This document shows positions 10,531-20,988 of a stretch of 64,000 bases of DNA, piece by piece. The notes under the pieces were generated by a model. The model had not been told where the DNA came from. It saw nothing but the letters and a program-made list of their open reading frames with translations, and made no database searches. The position numbers and the translations under genes are program-made. Position 1 is the first letter of the stretch. Every line of letters begins with the position of its first letter. Origin of the DNA: an uncultured Bacteroidota bacterium (GTDB taxonomy: Bacteria > Bacteroidota > Bacteroidia > Chitinophagales > Chitinophagaceae); contig CAVZBF010000002.1 of assembly GCA_963773465.1 (NCBI GenBank), forward strand, positions 555,853-619,852, given 5' to 3'.

Positions 10531-11376
10531 ATGATTATGAAACGTCCCGGTTTTTATTTGATCCCGTTACTCGTCTCGATAATGTTTGCATCCTGCTCAA
10601 ATGATTCGGCTGATAAGGAGGCCGTAACAACGAACACCGCTCCTGAAACGGTAAACAATACGCCGGCAACTATTGTTCAATCTGATGCAAAAGAAAAAAG
10701 ACCTGATGCAACTGTGCAGGGATTGAAAGGCAAAGTGGAAGTAATGTCTGAGACTGTTTCTTATCCCGGTGACTCAAAAAAAACCGCAGCAAAAAATGTG
10801 TTTAAATATGATGATAAGGGCAACAGGACAGAATTAGTTAATTACCGGGCTGACGGCCAACTGAATTCAACTATAAAAACATCGTATGACGCCAATGGAA
10901 ATATAACAGGAGAGCAAACATTGCTGGGAAATGGCCAGGTAGATTTTACATCTGTTATTAAAACAGATGCCAATGGAAACAGGGTGGAACAAGTTGACAC
11001 CAGGGCCGGCGAAAATGTTTTATTTAATTATAAGTACTATTTTAAATATGACGAAAAAGCGCGGTTACTCGAACGAATCGCTTACAGGGGTAATGGCATT
11101 TTTTCATTTAAGTATGTCTTTAAATATGATGATAATGGCAATAGAACTGAATGGTTGCAATATGGCCAGGACAGTGCGCTGGTGGGAAAGGTGGTGTATA
11201 AATATGATGCAAAGAACAATTTAATAGAACAAACTGAATTCAAAAAGGATGGCAGTCTTAAAGGGCAGTATACTTACAGCTATGAGTTTGACAAAAAGAA
11301 TAATTGGATCCGTCAGAAAAAAATGCAGGACAATAAGGTGGTAGAAATTAAAGTGAGAGAAATCAAGTACCACTAA
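10531..11376 (+). CDS. Lipoprotein with iterated YD-like repeats (FKYDxxGNR)
   Basis: Lipobox LVSIMFASC. Repeats FKYDDKGNRTE, FKYDEKARLLE, FKYDDNGNRTE, YKYDAKNNLIE. Confidence 0.55.
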   Translation: MIMKRPGFYLIPLLVSIMFASCSNDSADKEAVTTNTAPETVNNTPATIVQSDAKEKRPDATVQGLKGKVEVMSETVSYPGDSKKTAAKNVFKYDDKGNRTELVNYRADGQLNSTIKTSYDANGNITGEQTLLGNGQVDFTSVIKTDANGNRVEQVDTRAGENVLFNYKYYFKYDEKARLLERIAYRGNGIFSFKYVFKYDDNGNRTEWLQYGQDSALVGKVVYKYDAKNNLIEQTEFKKDGSLKGQYTYSYEFDKKNNWIRQKKMQDNKVVEIKVREIKYH

Positions 11377-11382
11377 ACAATT

Positions 11383-13305
11383 CTAAAAATTTATCGTTTG
11401 CCTGATCTTTCTTGTGATTAAAGCCATGCTCAGGTATTTAATATTCAGGAAATCGAAATGCCTGAGTAGTAAAAATGTGATGGCTGTTTCTTTTAATGCA
11501 ATGGCGTTATTAAAACAATCCAGCGCCTTTTCTCTGGCACCGGCACGGGCATAATCAATACCCATCCATACCTGCGAAATGTATTCACTTTTTTCTTTAA
11601 GATCGTTGTAATTTTTATCCACTTCCTTTTCCATCAGCGAATAATTGCCATCGTTATAAAACTTCACAAGCGCCTTATTCTTCGATTTCTCTGCCGCGGC
11701 AATTGCTTCCTTTTTATCATTTAAAAACCAATAGATGCGGGAAAGATCTTCATAATATATTTTTTGAAGAGATGGATCAACAGCTGCTTTTTCAATCAAT
11801 CCTTTTTGCAACGCAATGGCTTCGTCCGTCTGGTTATTATTTATCAATGCTCTAATCCTGTTTTCCACTAAATAATCCCACATTGGATTCAGCTCGGTGC
11901 CCCGGCTGTAAATTTTCAATGCTTCTTCTTTTTCTTCTTTTGCTTCCAATAAAATGCCCAGCCATAGGTACACGTTGGCCTGGTTTGCATTTAAATCAAT
12001 AGCACGGCGATAAGTAATTTCTGCAGCATGCCAGTCGAATGTCTGGTGATACCAGTAACCAAGCGTTGCCTGTATCTCTCCTGAAGAAGGATCAAGGCCG
12101 AGAGCGGTGTCGATATTCTTCTTTGCCAGCCAAAGCATCCTTGTCGGGTCCTCATATCCGCGAAAAGAAGAAAGCAGATACGTAGTGGCAAGACCGGAAT
12201 AAGCATCGGCAAATGTTCTGTCTTTAGCAACCGCCTGTTGAAAAAGTGATCTTGCCACCAGCAGATCGGTTTTGTTTCTTTTTTCAACAAGAAATTTTCC
12301 CCGCATATAATAATCATAAGCCTGCAGGTTTACCGTCGGCACATAATCTAATTGCTGAGATTCCTTTCTTGTAAGCGTTGTGTTTAAAACAGAAGCTATT
12401 GCTAAGGCTACTTCTCTTTGGATAGTGAATATATCATCAACAGGTCTGTCATAAGATTCAGACCATAAATGTTCATCAGTAACTGCATTGATCAACTGCG
12501 CTGTAATTCTAACCTGTGTAGGTGATCGTTGCACACTTCCTTCCACGATAGTTGCCACACCAAGTTCTTTTCCAATTTCCCGGATCGATTTTGGCGTTTT
12601 CTTATACTGCATCACCGACGTACGGGAGATAACTTTAAAAGATTTTATTTTTGAAAGCTGGGTAATGATATCTTCAGTAAGACCATCGCTGAAATACTCC
12701 TGTTCTTTATCACTGCTCATGTTTACAAATGGCAAAACGGCGATACTGTTTTCATCAATGGCTACCTGCTCATCATTAGGAGCGGCATGAAAAACCGTTT
12801 TACTGTATTCCGTAAGCACTTCATATATCCGGATCGGCTGTTTTACATTTTTTAAAAATTCTTCTTTGATAAAAACAGAATCCATTCCTTTTTTATTAGC
12901 AATGTTCCTGTAAACCATTTCAGAAACATAAATCCCACCCTCCGGTGCCAACGCCTGTATCCTGGAAGCTATATTCACAACATCTCCAAAAACGTTCCCG
13001 TCTCTTAATAATACATCGCCCATGTGCACACCGATACGTACCGGCACCTTTGGATCTTCATTAAAGTCTGTTTGTAAAAGCTTGGCAAACTCTACTGCAT
13101 CTGTTGCGCTGTTGAAAAGAACAAGACAGCCATCGCCATAGTATTGAATGATCTTACCTTCCAGCTCTTCGACAATAATATCAATAACATGCCTGAACCG
13201 GGTGATCTTTTCAAGTGCTGAGCTCTCATCTTCCTGCATCATAGCGGTATAGTTCACTATGTCTGCAAAAAGAATTGCAGCTAATTGATGCGAATGTTCA
13301 GCCAT
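11383..13305 (-). CDS. Class III adenylate/guanylate cyclase fused to a TPR-repeat domain
   Basis: N-terminal AAILFADIVNYTAMM...GVHMGDV...FGDVVNIASRIQ cyclase core, followed by ~400 aa of TPR-like helical repeats. Confidence 0.8.
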   Translation of the reverse strand: MAEHSHQLAAILFADIVNYTAMMQEDESSALEKITRFRHVIDIIVEELEGKIIQYYGDGCLVLFNSATDAVEFAKLLQTDFNEDPKVPVRIGVHMGDVLLRDGNVFGDVVNIASRIQALAPEGGIYVSEMVYRNIANKKGMDSVFIKEEFLKNVKQPIRIYEVLTEYSKTVFHAAPNDEQVAIDENSIAVLPFVNMSSDKEQEYFSDGLTEDIITQLSKIKSFKVISRTSVMQYKKTPKSIREIGKELGVATIVEGSVQRSPTQVRITAQLINAVTDEHLWSESYDRPVDDIFTIQREVALAIASVLNTTLTRKESQQLDYVPTVNLQAYDYYMRGKFLVEKRNKTDLLVARSLFQQAVAKDRTFADAYSGLATTYLLSSFRGYEDPTRMLWLAKKNIDTALGLDPSSGEIQATLGYWYHQTFDWHAAEITYRRAIDLNANQANVYLWLGILLEAKEEKEEALKIYSRGTELNPMWDYLVENRIRALINNNQTDEAIALQKGLIEKAAVDPSLQKIYYEDLSRIYWFLNDKKEAIAAAEKSKNKALVKFYNDGNYSLMEKEVDKNYNDLKEKSEYISQVWMGIDYARAGAREKALDCFNNAIALKETAITFLLLRHFDFLNIKYLSMALITRKIRQTINF

Positions 13306-13440
13306 AGGTTGAATGTTGGGCTGCGAAGTTAATGAAAAGCATTTTTTATGAGGGAGAAGTATTGTGTTATCGGGATAATTTTTCCAATTAAAGTTTTACT
13401 GCATGCATAATGCGCAGTATCTTTTACCTATAATGATATG

Positions 13441-13830
13441 CTAATTTTGTTGTTTGGTATTTGCATCTTTTTTCTCCGGTTCCTTTAGCAACTTAAAATA
13501 AGTAACCTTAAAACGATTATTCACCACTTCGCCCTGCACTTCGGCTTTTCTTACTGCTTTACAAAAACCATCATTTGCATGGGCATCTCCATGAGAATCT
13601 ATTTCGGTGCCGTCAACAAAATATGCTTTGCCGTTTATACGTACCGCAAGATCACATCCTTTCCCTTCAAGCTTGAACTGACACTCGCCACAAGACGCCT
13701 CCACAACCTGTATCTTCTTAGCAGGATCAGGTTTTGCAACCGCTGAGTCGGTTTTCTGGCTCAACAAACTGTTTCCAATTAACATGCAGACGATGCCTGC
13801 AATAAAGATTTTCATAACCTTGTTTTTCAT
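13441..13830 (-). CDS. Small secreted Cys-rich protein (CGEC...GC...FC), unknown function
   Basis: Signal peptide; CxxC plus two additional Cys and HGDAHAND, a possible metal site. Confidence 0.4.
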   Translation of the reverse strand: MKNKVMKIFIAGIVCMLIGNSLLSQKTDSAVAKPDPAKKIQVVEASCGECQFKLEGKGCDLAVRINGKAYFVDGTEIDSHGDAHANDGFCKAVRKAEVQGEVVNNRFKVTYFKLLKEPEKKDANTKQQN

Positions 13831-14001
13831 TCTGCGAATTTAGTAAAAATGCGTGGCTAAAGCCCGGTAAAATAAAAGACAGCCATATTTAAACTCTCTT
13901 TTACGTATAAAGTCTTTAGAAAGATTTTTACTGGCAACCTGCAAGAAAAGTCTGCCGTTTCTGTTAAGTAAGTTTTATCTTTAGAATTCAATCTAAAATT
14001 T

Positions 14002-15972
14002 GTGCATATACCCGGAGAAAATGATACATGGAAGAATTTCCCATCGCGTTTTCATGCACATTATTTATTATCCGGAGTTATCTTTTGTTTCCTATCTTTT
14101 CAATCCTTTTCACAGATCTGCCCACCCAACATAGATTTTGAAACGGGCACTTTTAGTAACTGGAAGTGTTATACCGGAAATGTTTCCGCTGCCGGAGGCA
14201 CCAACAATATTTTTCTTACTCAATCCGGTGGTCCTGTACCAAATCAGCATACCATGTATTCGGGACCAAGCGCAGAAACGGACCCGTTTGGCGGATTCCC
14301 GGTCAATTGTCCTAATGGAAGTGGTCATTCGATAAGGCTTGGAAATAATACAGGCGGCGGCCAAGCCGAAGGCATCTCGTATGAATTTACAATTCCGGCC
14401 GGCCAAAATATTTATTCACTTATTTATCACTATGCCGTCGTATTCCAGGACCCCGGTCATGAAATATATCAGCAACCAAGATTAGAGATCGAAGTGACAA
14501 ATGTGACCGACAACCAGCTTCTCTTATGTTCATCGTTTACTTTTATTCCATTTGGCAGCATACTTCCCGGGTTTTTTGTTTCGCCATTCCAGCAGGATAC
14601 TACAGATGTCTGGTGTAAAGATTGGTCGGCGGTGAGTATCAACCTCGATAACAATGCAGGCAAAACAATAAAACTTTTTTTTAAAACTGCCGATTGCACA
14701 TTTACCCGTCACTTTGGCTATGCTTATATCGATGTAAATTCAGAATGCAGCAGCGAGTTTGTAGGAGCTACTTACTGCCCTGATGATGCGTTTGTAAATG
14801 TGACAGCACCTTTTGGCTATGAAAGCTACACCTGGTTCAATAGTGGCTTCACGCAGACAATAGGAAATTCACAAAGCATTCTTTTTAATCCGCCACCGCC
14901 GGTGGGTACCGTCATTGCAGTGGAGGTTGTTCCTTATAATGGCTACGGATGTCTCGATACATTATATGCCCACTTAGTAGATACCTTAACCGTGTTTGCC
15001 ATTGCAGGAAGAGATACGCTTTCGTGCAACCAGAACCCGGTTCCGATTGGCGCCATTCCAAAGCCTGGCCTGATATATAGCTGGGCCCCGCAAGCTGGAC
15101 TTTCCGATCCATACGTTGCCAATCCGCGGGCAGGGCCGCTTGTAACAACTACCTATGTACTTACAACAAGCAGCGCAGGCGGAGGCTGCGCAACAAAAGA
15201 CACCGTTGTAGTTGAAGCATCATTTATCGACACTTCACTACTTGTTGTTGGAAAACTAGCATACTGCATAACCAGCGGAGATAGTTCTGTGTTTTTTGTA
15301 CAACCTACAGATGGCATCCAATGGTTGAGAGATAATCTTCCTATAAACGGTCAAAACCAGGTCCGTTTCCGGGCAAATCAATCCGGTAATTACCGGGCAT
15401 TGCTAACTAACGACAGAGGCTGTGCAGCACTGACAGAAGAAAAAACGGTGGATATTGAAATACCGCAGCCTGGTATTACTTACCCCGTGGAATATGCTGT
15501 TGTAAATTACCCGCATCAATTAAAGGCGAGGGCATTTGGAATTGGTGTTGAATGGAACCCTCCGACTTTTTTAAACTCTACTTCCACTCTTGTTCCCGTT
15601 TTTAACGGAACAACAGATAAGCTATACACAATTACCATTGAAACTGCTGCGGGATGTGTAACGGTAGATACACAATTGGTAAAAGTATTTAAAGAAGTAA
15701 GATTCTATGTGCCGTCTGGCTTTACTCCTAACCAGGATGGATTGAATGATTACTTAAAACCAATACCGGTTGGAATGAAAGACTTTAAATATTTTCGGGT
15801 GTACAATCGCTGGGGGCAATTAATATTTGACCTGAAAGACGATCCAAAAGGATGGGACGGTAAAATAAAAGGGCGCCTTCAAACAACACAGGTGGTTGTT
15901 TGGATGGCTGAAGGGATCGGAATCAATGATGTAATTTATAAGCAAAAAGGAACCTGTGTGCTTATCAGGTAA
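14002..15972 (+). CDS. Secreted protein with T9SS type-B C-terminal sorting domain
   Basis: C-terminal FTPNQDGLNDYLKP...YNRWGQLIF...GWDG. N-terminal signal. Confidence 0.8.
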   Translation: MHIPGENDTWKNFPSRFHAHYLLSGVIFCFLSFQSFSQICPPNIDFETGTFSNWKCYTGNVSAAGGTNNIFLTQSGGPVPNQHTMYSGPSAETDPFGGFPVNCPNGSGHSIRLGNNTGGGQAEGISYEFTIPAGQNIYSLIYHYAVVFQDPGHEIYQQPRLEIEVTNVTDNQLLLCSSFTFIPFGSILPGFFVSPFQQDTTDVWCKDWSAVSINLDNNAGKTIKLFFKTADCTFTRHFGYAYIDVNSECSSEFVGATYCPDDAFVNVTAPFGYESYTWFNSGFTQTIGNSQSILFNPPPPVGTVIAVEVVPYNGYGCLDTLYAHLVDTLTVFAIAGRDTLSCNQNPVPIGAIPKPGLIYSWAPQAGLSDPYVANPRAGPLVTTTYVLTTSSAGGGCATKDTVVVEASFIDTSLLVVGKLAYCITSGDSSVFFVQPTDGIQWLRDNLPINGQNQVRFRANQSGNYRALLTNDRGCAALTEEKTVDIEIPQPGITYPVEYAVVNYPHQLKARAFGIGVEWNPPTFLNSTSTLVPVFNGTTDKLYTITIETAAGCVTVDTQLVKVFKEVRFYVPSGFTPNQDGLNDYLKPIPVGMKDFKYFRVYNRWGQLIFDLKDDPKGWDGKIKGRLQTTQVVVWMAEGIGINDVIYKQKGTCVLIR

Positions 15973-16043
15973 TTTATCACCTGGGCGCCTGAACAAGGAT
16001 GTGGCAGCACTCAGGATGTTTGAAAATATTACCAACAACGCAG

Positions 16044-16889
16044 ATGAAAAAAAGAAAAAAATATTTAGGCAAGATTTTAATCTCATGTATTTGTTTTTGT
16101 TTTTATTTTATTGCAGGCTCACATGCACAAAACAAAAAGCCGTTATTTAAAGTAATTGCATTTTACACAGCGAAAAGTGATTTGGCACATATCAGTTTTG
16201 TTCACGAAGCCAATAAATGGTTTCCGGAAATGGGGGCATTGTATAATTTCTCTTATGATTCGACCAATAACTGGAACAACCTCAATGAAAAATTCCTTTC
16301 ACAATACCAGGTTGTTATCTTTTTAGATACAAGACCCGAAAAAACATCACAAAGAGATGCGTTTAAAAAATTCATGGATAATGGCGGAGCATTTGTCGGC
16401 TTTCATTTTGCCGGTTTTGCATTAAACAATTCGGATTTTCCGCAAAACTGGGATTGGTATCACAATATTTTTATCGGTGCCGGTCAGTATAAAAGCAATA
16501 CATGGCATCCTGCTTCTGCAATACTCCGTGTAGAGGACACCACGCATCCTGCTACAAAAAATCTACCCCTCACTTTCAGATCATCGCCGAATGAATGGTA
16601 TCGCTGGGAAAAAGATATCCGGTTGAATCCCGATATTAAGATTCTTTTATCGATCGATTCAACAAGCTTCCCGTTGGGTAATGGGCCCAAGCAATCCGAA
16701 ATCTGGCGCAGCGGCTATTATCCGGTAGCATGGACAAATAAAAAGTATAAAATGCTTTATGTAAACATGGGGCATAATGATATCGATTACGATAATAAAA
16801 CCAACAAAGAATTATCATTCCAGTTTGGAAATGATATACAGGATAAAATGATCGTTGATGCGCTGATCTGGTTAGGCACCAAAAAGTAA
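16044..16889 (+). CDS. ThuA-like (GATase1-like) domain protein
   Basis: KVIAFYTAKSDLAHISFVHEANKWF...VVIFLDTRPE...GGAFVGFHFA pattern; signal peptide. Start placed at MKKRKKY. Confidence 0.55.
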   Translation: MKKRKKYLGKILISCICFCFYFIAGSHAQNKKPLFKVIAFYTAKSDLAHISFVHEANKWFPEMGALYNFSYDSTNNWNNLNEKFLSQYQVVIFLDTRPEKTSQRDAFKKFMDNGGAFVGFHFAGFALNNSDFPQNWDWYHNIFIGAGQYKSNTWHPASAILRVEDTTHPATKNLPLTFRSSPNEWYRWEKDIRLNPDIKILLSIDSTSFPLGNGPKQSEIWRSGYYPVAWTNKKYKMLYVNMGHNDIDYDNKTNKELSFQFGNDIQDKMIVDALIWLGTKK

Positions 16890-16895
16890 TGCTAA

Positions 16896-17786
16896 TTATT
16901 TCTGGTGAAAACCATCGCCGATAAATTGCAAAGCATCCGTTATCCCGGTTCTCCAATAAGTCCAGTTATGAGCACCATCTCTTACACGGTATTCGTGCGG
17001 AACGGCTTTTTCACTCAATGCAATATGTAAGCGGGCATTGCCGGTGGTCAAAAAATCATCGTCGCCGCAATCGATCCAGTAGCGAACTCTTTTAAGTTCA
17101 TCGGCAGCTTTATCGGCAATGATCTTTAACGGTGAATTTTCATACCATGTTTTTGTTAAACGGTCCTTTCCTTTTAAACCAATACCATACACTCTTCCCA
17201 GCACATTATTCCAGGTATTATCCGGCATTGATGCAAGATCAGTGTCTTCCCACACAGCAGCGCTTAGTGGTGCACAAGCTGCAAAAAGTTCAGGATGTTT
17301 TAATGCATAAATTAAAGTGCCATAACCCCCCATTGAAAGGCCAGCTACTCCCCTATACCGTTTTTCTGCTTTCACCCTGTACGCTTTTTCAACGCCCGGC
17401 ATAAATTCTCTGATAAAAAAATCTTCATAGTTTTCTTTTCCATCAAATGAATTGACATAAAAACTTGAGTCGCCATTTGGCATAGCAATGATCATTGGAG
17501 GGATCGTGCCATTGGCAATGGCTTTATCGGCATAGCGGTTTATTTCTCCAAATTGCAGCCACCCGGTATTATCATCAGTAAATCCATGCAATAAATAAAC
17601 GATAGGGTAAGAACGCTGCGACGTATAATAATCCGGAGGTAAATAAAGCGTATAGCGAACATCTTTCCCGAGTATTTTACTCTTCATCACTTCCTGCTCC
17701 AATACTTTACCTGGTTGGGAAAAAGAAATAAGGAACAGGCAACTGCTTAAAGACAAAAACAAAATTTTTTTTACCGGAGCTGTCAT
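16896..17786 (-). CDS. Esterase (PF00756 putative esterase / CE1-like alpha/beta hydrolase)
   Basis: YLLHGFTDDNTGW and nucleophile elbow GLSMGGYG. Confidence 0.8.
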   Translation of the reverse strand: MTAPVKKILFLSLSSCLFLISFSQPGKVLEQEVMKSKILGKDVRYTLYLPPDYYTSQRSYPIVYLLHGFTDDNTGWLQFGEINRYADKAIANGTIPPMIIAMPNGDSSFYVNSFDGKENYEDFFIREFMPGVEKAYRVKAEKRYRGVAGLSMGGYGTLIYALKHPELFAACAPLSAAVWEDTDLASMPDNTWNNVLGRVYGIGLKGKDRLTKTWYENSPLKIIADKAADELKRVRYWIDCGDDDFLTTGNARLHIALSEKAVPHEYRVRDGAHNWTYWRTGITDALQFIGDGFHQK

Positions 17787-17815
17787 AATTTATGTTTTGG
17801 GATGATAAGAAAATA

Positions 17816-18862
17816 TTATTTCAAACTTGCCATATCAATTACAAACCGGTACTTCACATCACTTTTCAAAAGCCTTTCATACGCTTCATTGATTTGTTGC
17901 ATAGGTATCACTTCCACATTTGCCACAATATTTTTTTCTGCACAGAAATCAAGCATCTCCTGTGTTTCCACAGTGCCGCCGATCATTGAGCCGATAATGC
18001 TGCGACGGTTCTTAATTAATTCAAACGGATTTACATGAGGCTCTTCTTTCGGCAAACCAACCACTAATAATTTTCCATGAAGATCCAGCAACTTCAAATA
18101 AATTTCATAATCATGATCGGCGCTGACTGTATCAACTACTACATCAAAATGACTGTGATGCTTTTTCATTGCTGCTTCATCAGTGCTTAATACAAAATGA
18201 TGGGCGCCCAGTTGTTTTGCATCTTTTGCTTTTGATGGCGAAGTGCTGAGCATGGTGACCTCTGCACCCATTGCAACAGCAAATTTTACAGCCATATGCC
18301 CAAGACCTCCAAGACCGGCCACCGCCACTTTATCCCCGGGTTTGACGTTGGCAAACTTTAATGGCGAATAGGTAGTGATCCCTGCGCAAAGCAAGGGAGC
18401 AACCCCGGCCAGATCAAGTTTATCCGAAACATGATAGACCCATCTTTCATCACAAACTATTTGAGTGCTGTAACCGCCCTGTGCCAATGTTACATTATCT
18501 CTTTCATAATTATTATATGTGCCCGTCATTCCTTCTGCACAGTATTGCTCCATAAATTTATTACATGGTTTACATTGGCGGCAACTATCAACCATTACAC
18601 CCACACCGGCTGTATCACCGGTTTTAAATTTCTTTACATCACTTCCTGCTTTTATTACTTTACCAACAATTTCATGTCCCGGCACCATAGGATAAATGGA
18701 GCCGCCCCATTCATCCCGTACCTGGTGAAGATCAGAATGACAAACACCTGAAAACAAAATATCAACCAATACATCATGTTCCCTGAGATCTCTTCTTTCA
18801 AAACTAAATGGAGCCAATAGCGCAGTTGGATCTGATGCAGCATATCCTTTTACCTGTATCAT
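17816..18862 (-). CDS. Zn-dependent NAD(P) alcohol dehydrogenase (cinnamyl-ADH/YahK-like)
   Basis: GHEIVGKV, Cys-rich structural zinc site (CRQCKPC), GLGGLGHMAVKFA Rossmann motif. Confidence 0.85.
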   Translation of the reverse strand: MIQVKGYAASDPTALLAPFSFERRDLREHDVLVDILFSGVCHSDLHQVRDEWGGSIYPMVPGHEIVGKVIKAGSDVKKFKTGDTAGVGVMVDSCRQCKPCNKFMEQYCAEGMTGTYNNYERDNVTLAQGGYSTQIVCDERWVYHVSDKLDLAGVAPLLCAGITTYSPLKFANVKPGDKVAVAGLGGLGHMAVKFAVAMGAEVTMLSTSPSKAKDAKQLGAHHFVLSTDEAAMKKHHSHFDVVVDTVSADHDYEIYLKLLDLHGKLLVVGLPKEEPHVNPFELIKNRRSIIGSMIGGTVETQEMLDFCAEKNIVANVEVIPMQQINEAYERLLKSDVKYRFVIDMASLK

Positions 18863-18946
18863 GCCTAATTTTTATTGATCAAATTTATCAAAGAATGATA
18901 CCATATCTTTATTTTTTCCTGTAAAAGAAAAACTATCTTTAAAATA

Positions 18947-19604
18947 ATGAGAAAATTTTTAACAACAATAGTATCGTCTCTACAATTCGATGTTTGTTTT
19001 GGCCCAGGTACATGTGAGAGATGAACCGAGACACCATAATGTTTTTGAAAATGAATTTCTCCGCATTCTTGATGTGCACCTGGGTCCAAAAGATACTACG
19101 TTATATCATTTGCATAATACTCCTTCCGTATTCATAATTTTTACAAATACAAATGTTGGTTCACAGCTGCTGGGTGGTCCACCGCAAAAAGGTGCAAATG
19201 TAAACGGTGTGATTAGTTATGATAGTCTTGCTTCTCCGCGTATTCACCGTGTATGGAATGACGATACCAGTTGGTTTCATGTCATGGATGTTGAGCTGAC
19301 ATCCAGACTGCAGAAAGGCAATACACCGGTTTTACAACATCCATCTTTACAATTGTTATTTAATAAGCAACAAGTAAATGGTTACAGCACGGAATTAAAA
19401 CCCGGCAGTGTTTTACACTTGCCCGCTTCTGCAGCCGGCTATTTAATAGTAAGTAAAGGAGAATCTGTTGCCGATTATAAAATAGATGGCAAATCTCAAC
19501 ATCGCATTTTAAAACCGGGCCATTATATATGGGTTGAACCTGGCAGAGATTTTTCTTTACAGGGAAGCAATGCAGCAAATTTTGTCCTTTTACAAATAAA
19601 ATAG
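18947..19604 (+). pseudogene. Cupin-like secreted protein. The signal peptide is encoded in a different frame from the body, with a 1-nt frame change at ~18990.
   Basis: MRKFLTTIVSSLQF in the frame starting at 18947 runs into ...MFVLAQVHV of the ORF starting at 18990; the C-terminal half is cupin-like. Confidence 0.4.
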
Positions 19605-19655
19605 ACAGCCATTGGCTTTTTCACTAAATTGCCTGTCCAAAAAAAATATTCTTAT

Positions 19656-20213
19656 ATGAAAAAAATTATCATCACATCATCATTACTAACCTTCTTTCTT
19701 TTTATAAGCATTTCGAGTATCAAAGCCCAGGCGATGACCACGGAAGATGTTCGGTCGTTGTTAATTAAAGAATGGGAAAGAGCTAAGGCCTATACGAATG
19801 AATATTTAAACACAATGCCTGCAGATAAATATTCTTTCAAAGCAGTTGACAGCATCCGGAGCTTTGCCCAGCAAATGCTGCATCTTGCCGGAGGAAATAT
19901 TTTCTTAATGATGAATGCCACGGACCATAAAGTGCCTGCGACTTTCGGAAATCCCAATCTTGAAAATAGTCCGGGAGCACAAAAGAAAGACTCCGTTGTC
20001 TTTTATGTAAATGCCAGTTACGATTACTGCATTGATGCGGTAAAAAATTTAGACATTAATAAATGGGCGGAGAAAAAGAAAATCTTTGGTTTGGAAACAA
20101 CACGTTTTGCGCTTGCAATAAAAACATTTGAACATCAGACACATCATCGTGGACAAACAACTATTTATATTCGTCTGCAGGGAATAAGACCACCGCAGGA
20201 AAAATTGTTTTAA
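19656..20213 (+). CDS. DinB/YfiT-like family protein
   Basis: Signal-like N-terminus; HQTHHRGQ metal-binding triad motif typical of the DinB_2 family. Confidence 0.65.
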   Translation: MKKIIITSSLLTFFLFISISSIKAQAMTTEDVRSLLIKEWERAKAYTNEYLNTMPADKYSFKAVDSIRSFAQQMLHLAGGNIFLMMNATDHKVPATFGNPNLENSPGAQKKDSVVFYVNASYDYCIDAVKNLDINKWAEKKKIFGLETTRFALAIKTFEHQTHHRGQTTIYIRLQGIRPPQEKLF

Positions 20214-20239
20214 AGAAATTTATTTGAATAAATAATGGA

Positions 20240-20270
20240 AGCCCCGATCAGTCATCGGGGCTTTATTTTT
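20240..20270. terminator. Bidirectional intrinsic terminator between convergent genes
   Basis: gccccgat-cagtc-atcggggc stem-loop followed by tttattttt and preceded by an A-rich tract; overlaps the stop of the minus-strand gene. Confidence 0.7.
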
Positions 20271-20920
20271 AGCAATTTCTTCATCACAGTATTATAATAA
20301 AGACAAACAGGTTTCATAAAGCATATCTCGCATTTAGGTTGAGGCCGGCATATCTCCCTGCCATGAAATGACATTGCCATTCCTGCATCCCAATCCTTTT
20401 GCGGAAGCGTTTCCATTATTTGTTTTTCAATTTTTTTTGGGTCCGCTCCTTTTGCAATTCCAAGTCTTGGTGCTACACGTACCACATGCAAGTCAACGAT
20501 CACCCCTTCTGCGGGCTTGCCAGATTCTCTTAAGATAACATTGGCGGATTTGCTTCCGATGCCTTTTAAGGCGGTAAGACCTTCGTGTGTTTGTGGAATA
20601 TTTTTATCTGCTTTGACAGTCCTCGCAATTTCCATTAACCATTGAGCTTTATTTGCAAAATTTCTCACTTTACTGATCAAAGGAAATAATGTTTCTTCAG
20701 TGGCCATTGACAATGCCTTCATATCCGGATAGGATTCAAATAATTTTGGCGCAATGGAGTTAATGTTCTTATCAGAGTCCCGGGCAGATAAAACAACCAT
20801 TACTACTAACTGGTAGATATTTTTATATTCCAGTGGATGTTTTGTCTTTTTATATTTCTTCAGCAGCGGTTGTATGGCTTTGGGCCATCCGATAGCTATC
20901 GGATCGGTTTTGGCGGGCAT
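20252..20920 (-). CDS. HhH-GPD DNA glycosylase (endonuclease III-like) with C-terminal Cys cluster
   Basis: LKGIGSKSANVILRE helix-hairpin-helix; C-terminal CRPQPKCEICFMKPVC FeS-type Cys cluster. Confidence 0.7.
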   Translation of the reverse strand: MPAKTDPIAIGWPKAIQPLLKKYKKTKHPLEYKNIYQLVVMVVLSARDSDKNINSIAPKLFESYPDMKALSMATEETLFPLISKVRNFANKAQWLMEIARTVKADKNIPQTHEGLTALKGIGSKSANVILRESGKPAEGVIVDLHVVRVAPRLGIAKGADPKKIEKQIMETLPQKDWDAGMAMSFHGREICRPQPKCEICFMKPVCLYYNTVMKKLLKIKPR

Positions 20921-20988
20921 AGAAAGTTTTTAAGCCATGAATCTACAATAAAAAAAATTTCTGCTGATACTAAGCAAGTTTTTTGTTG

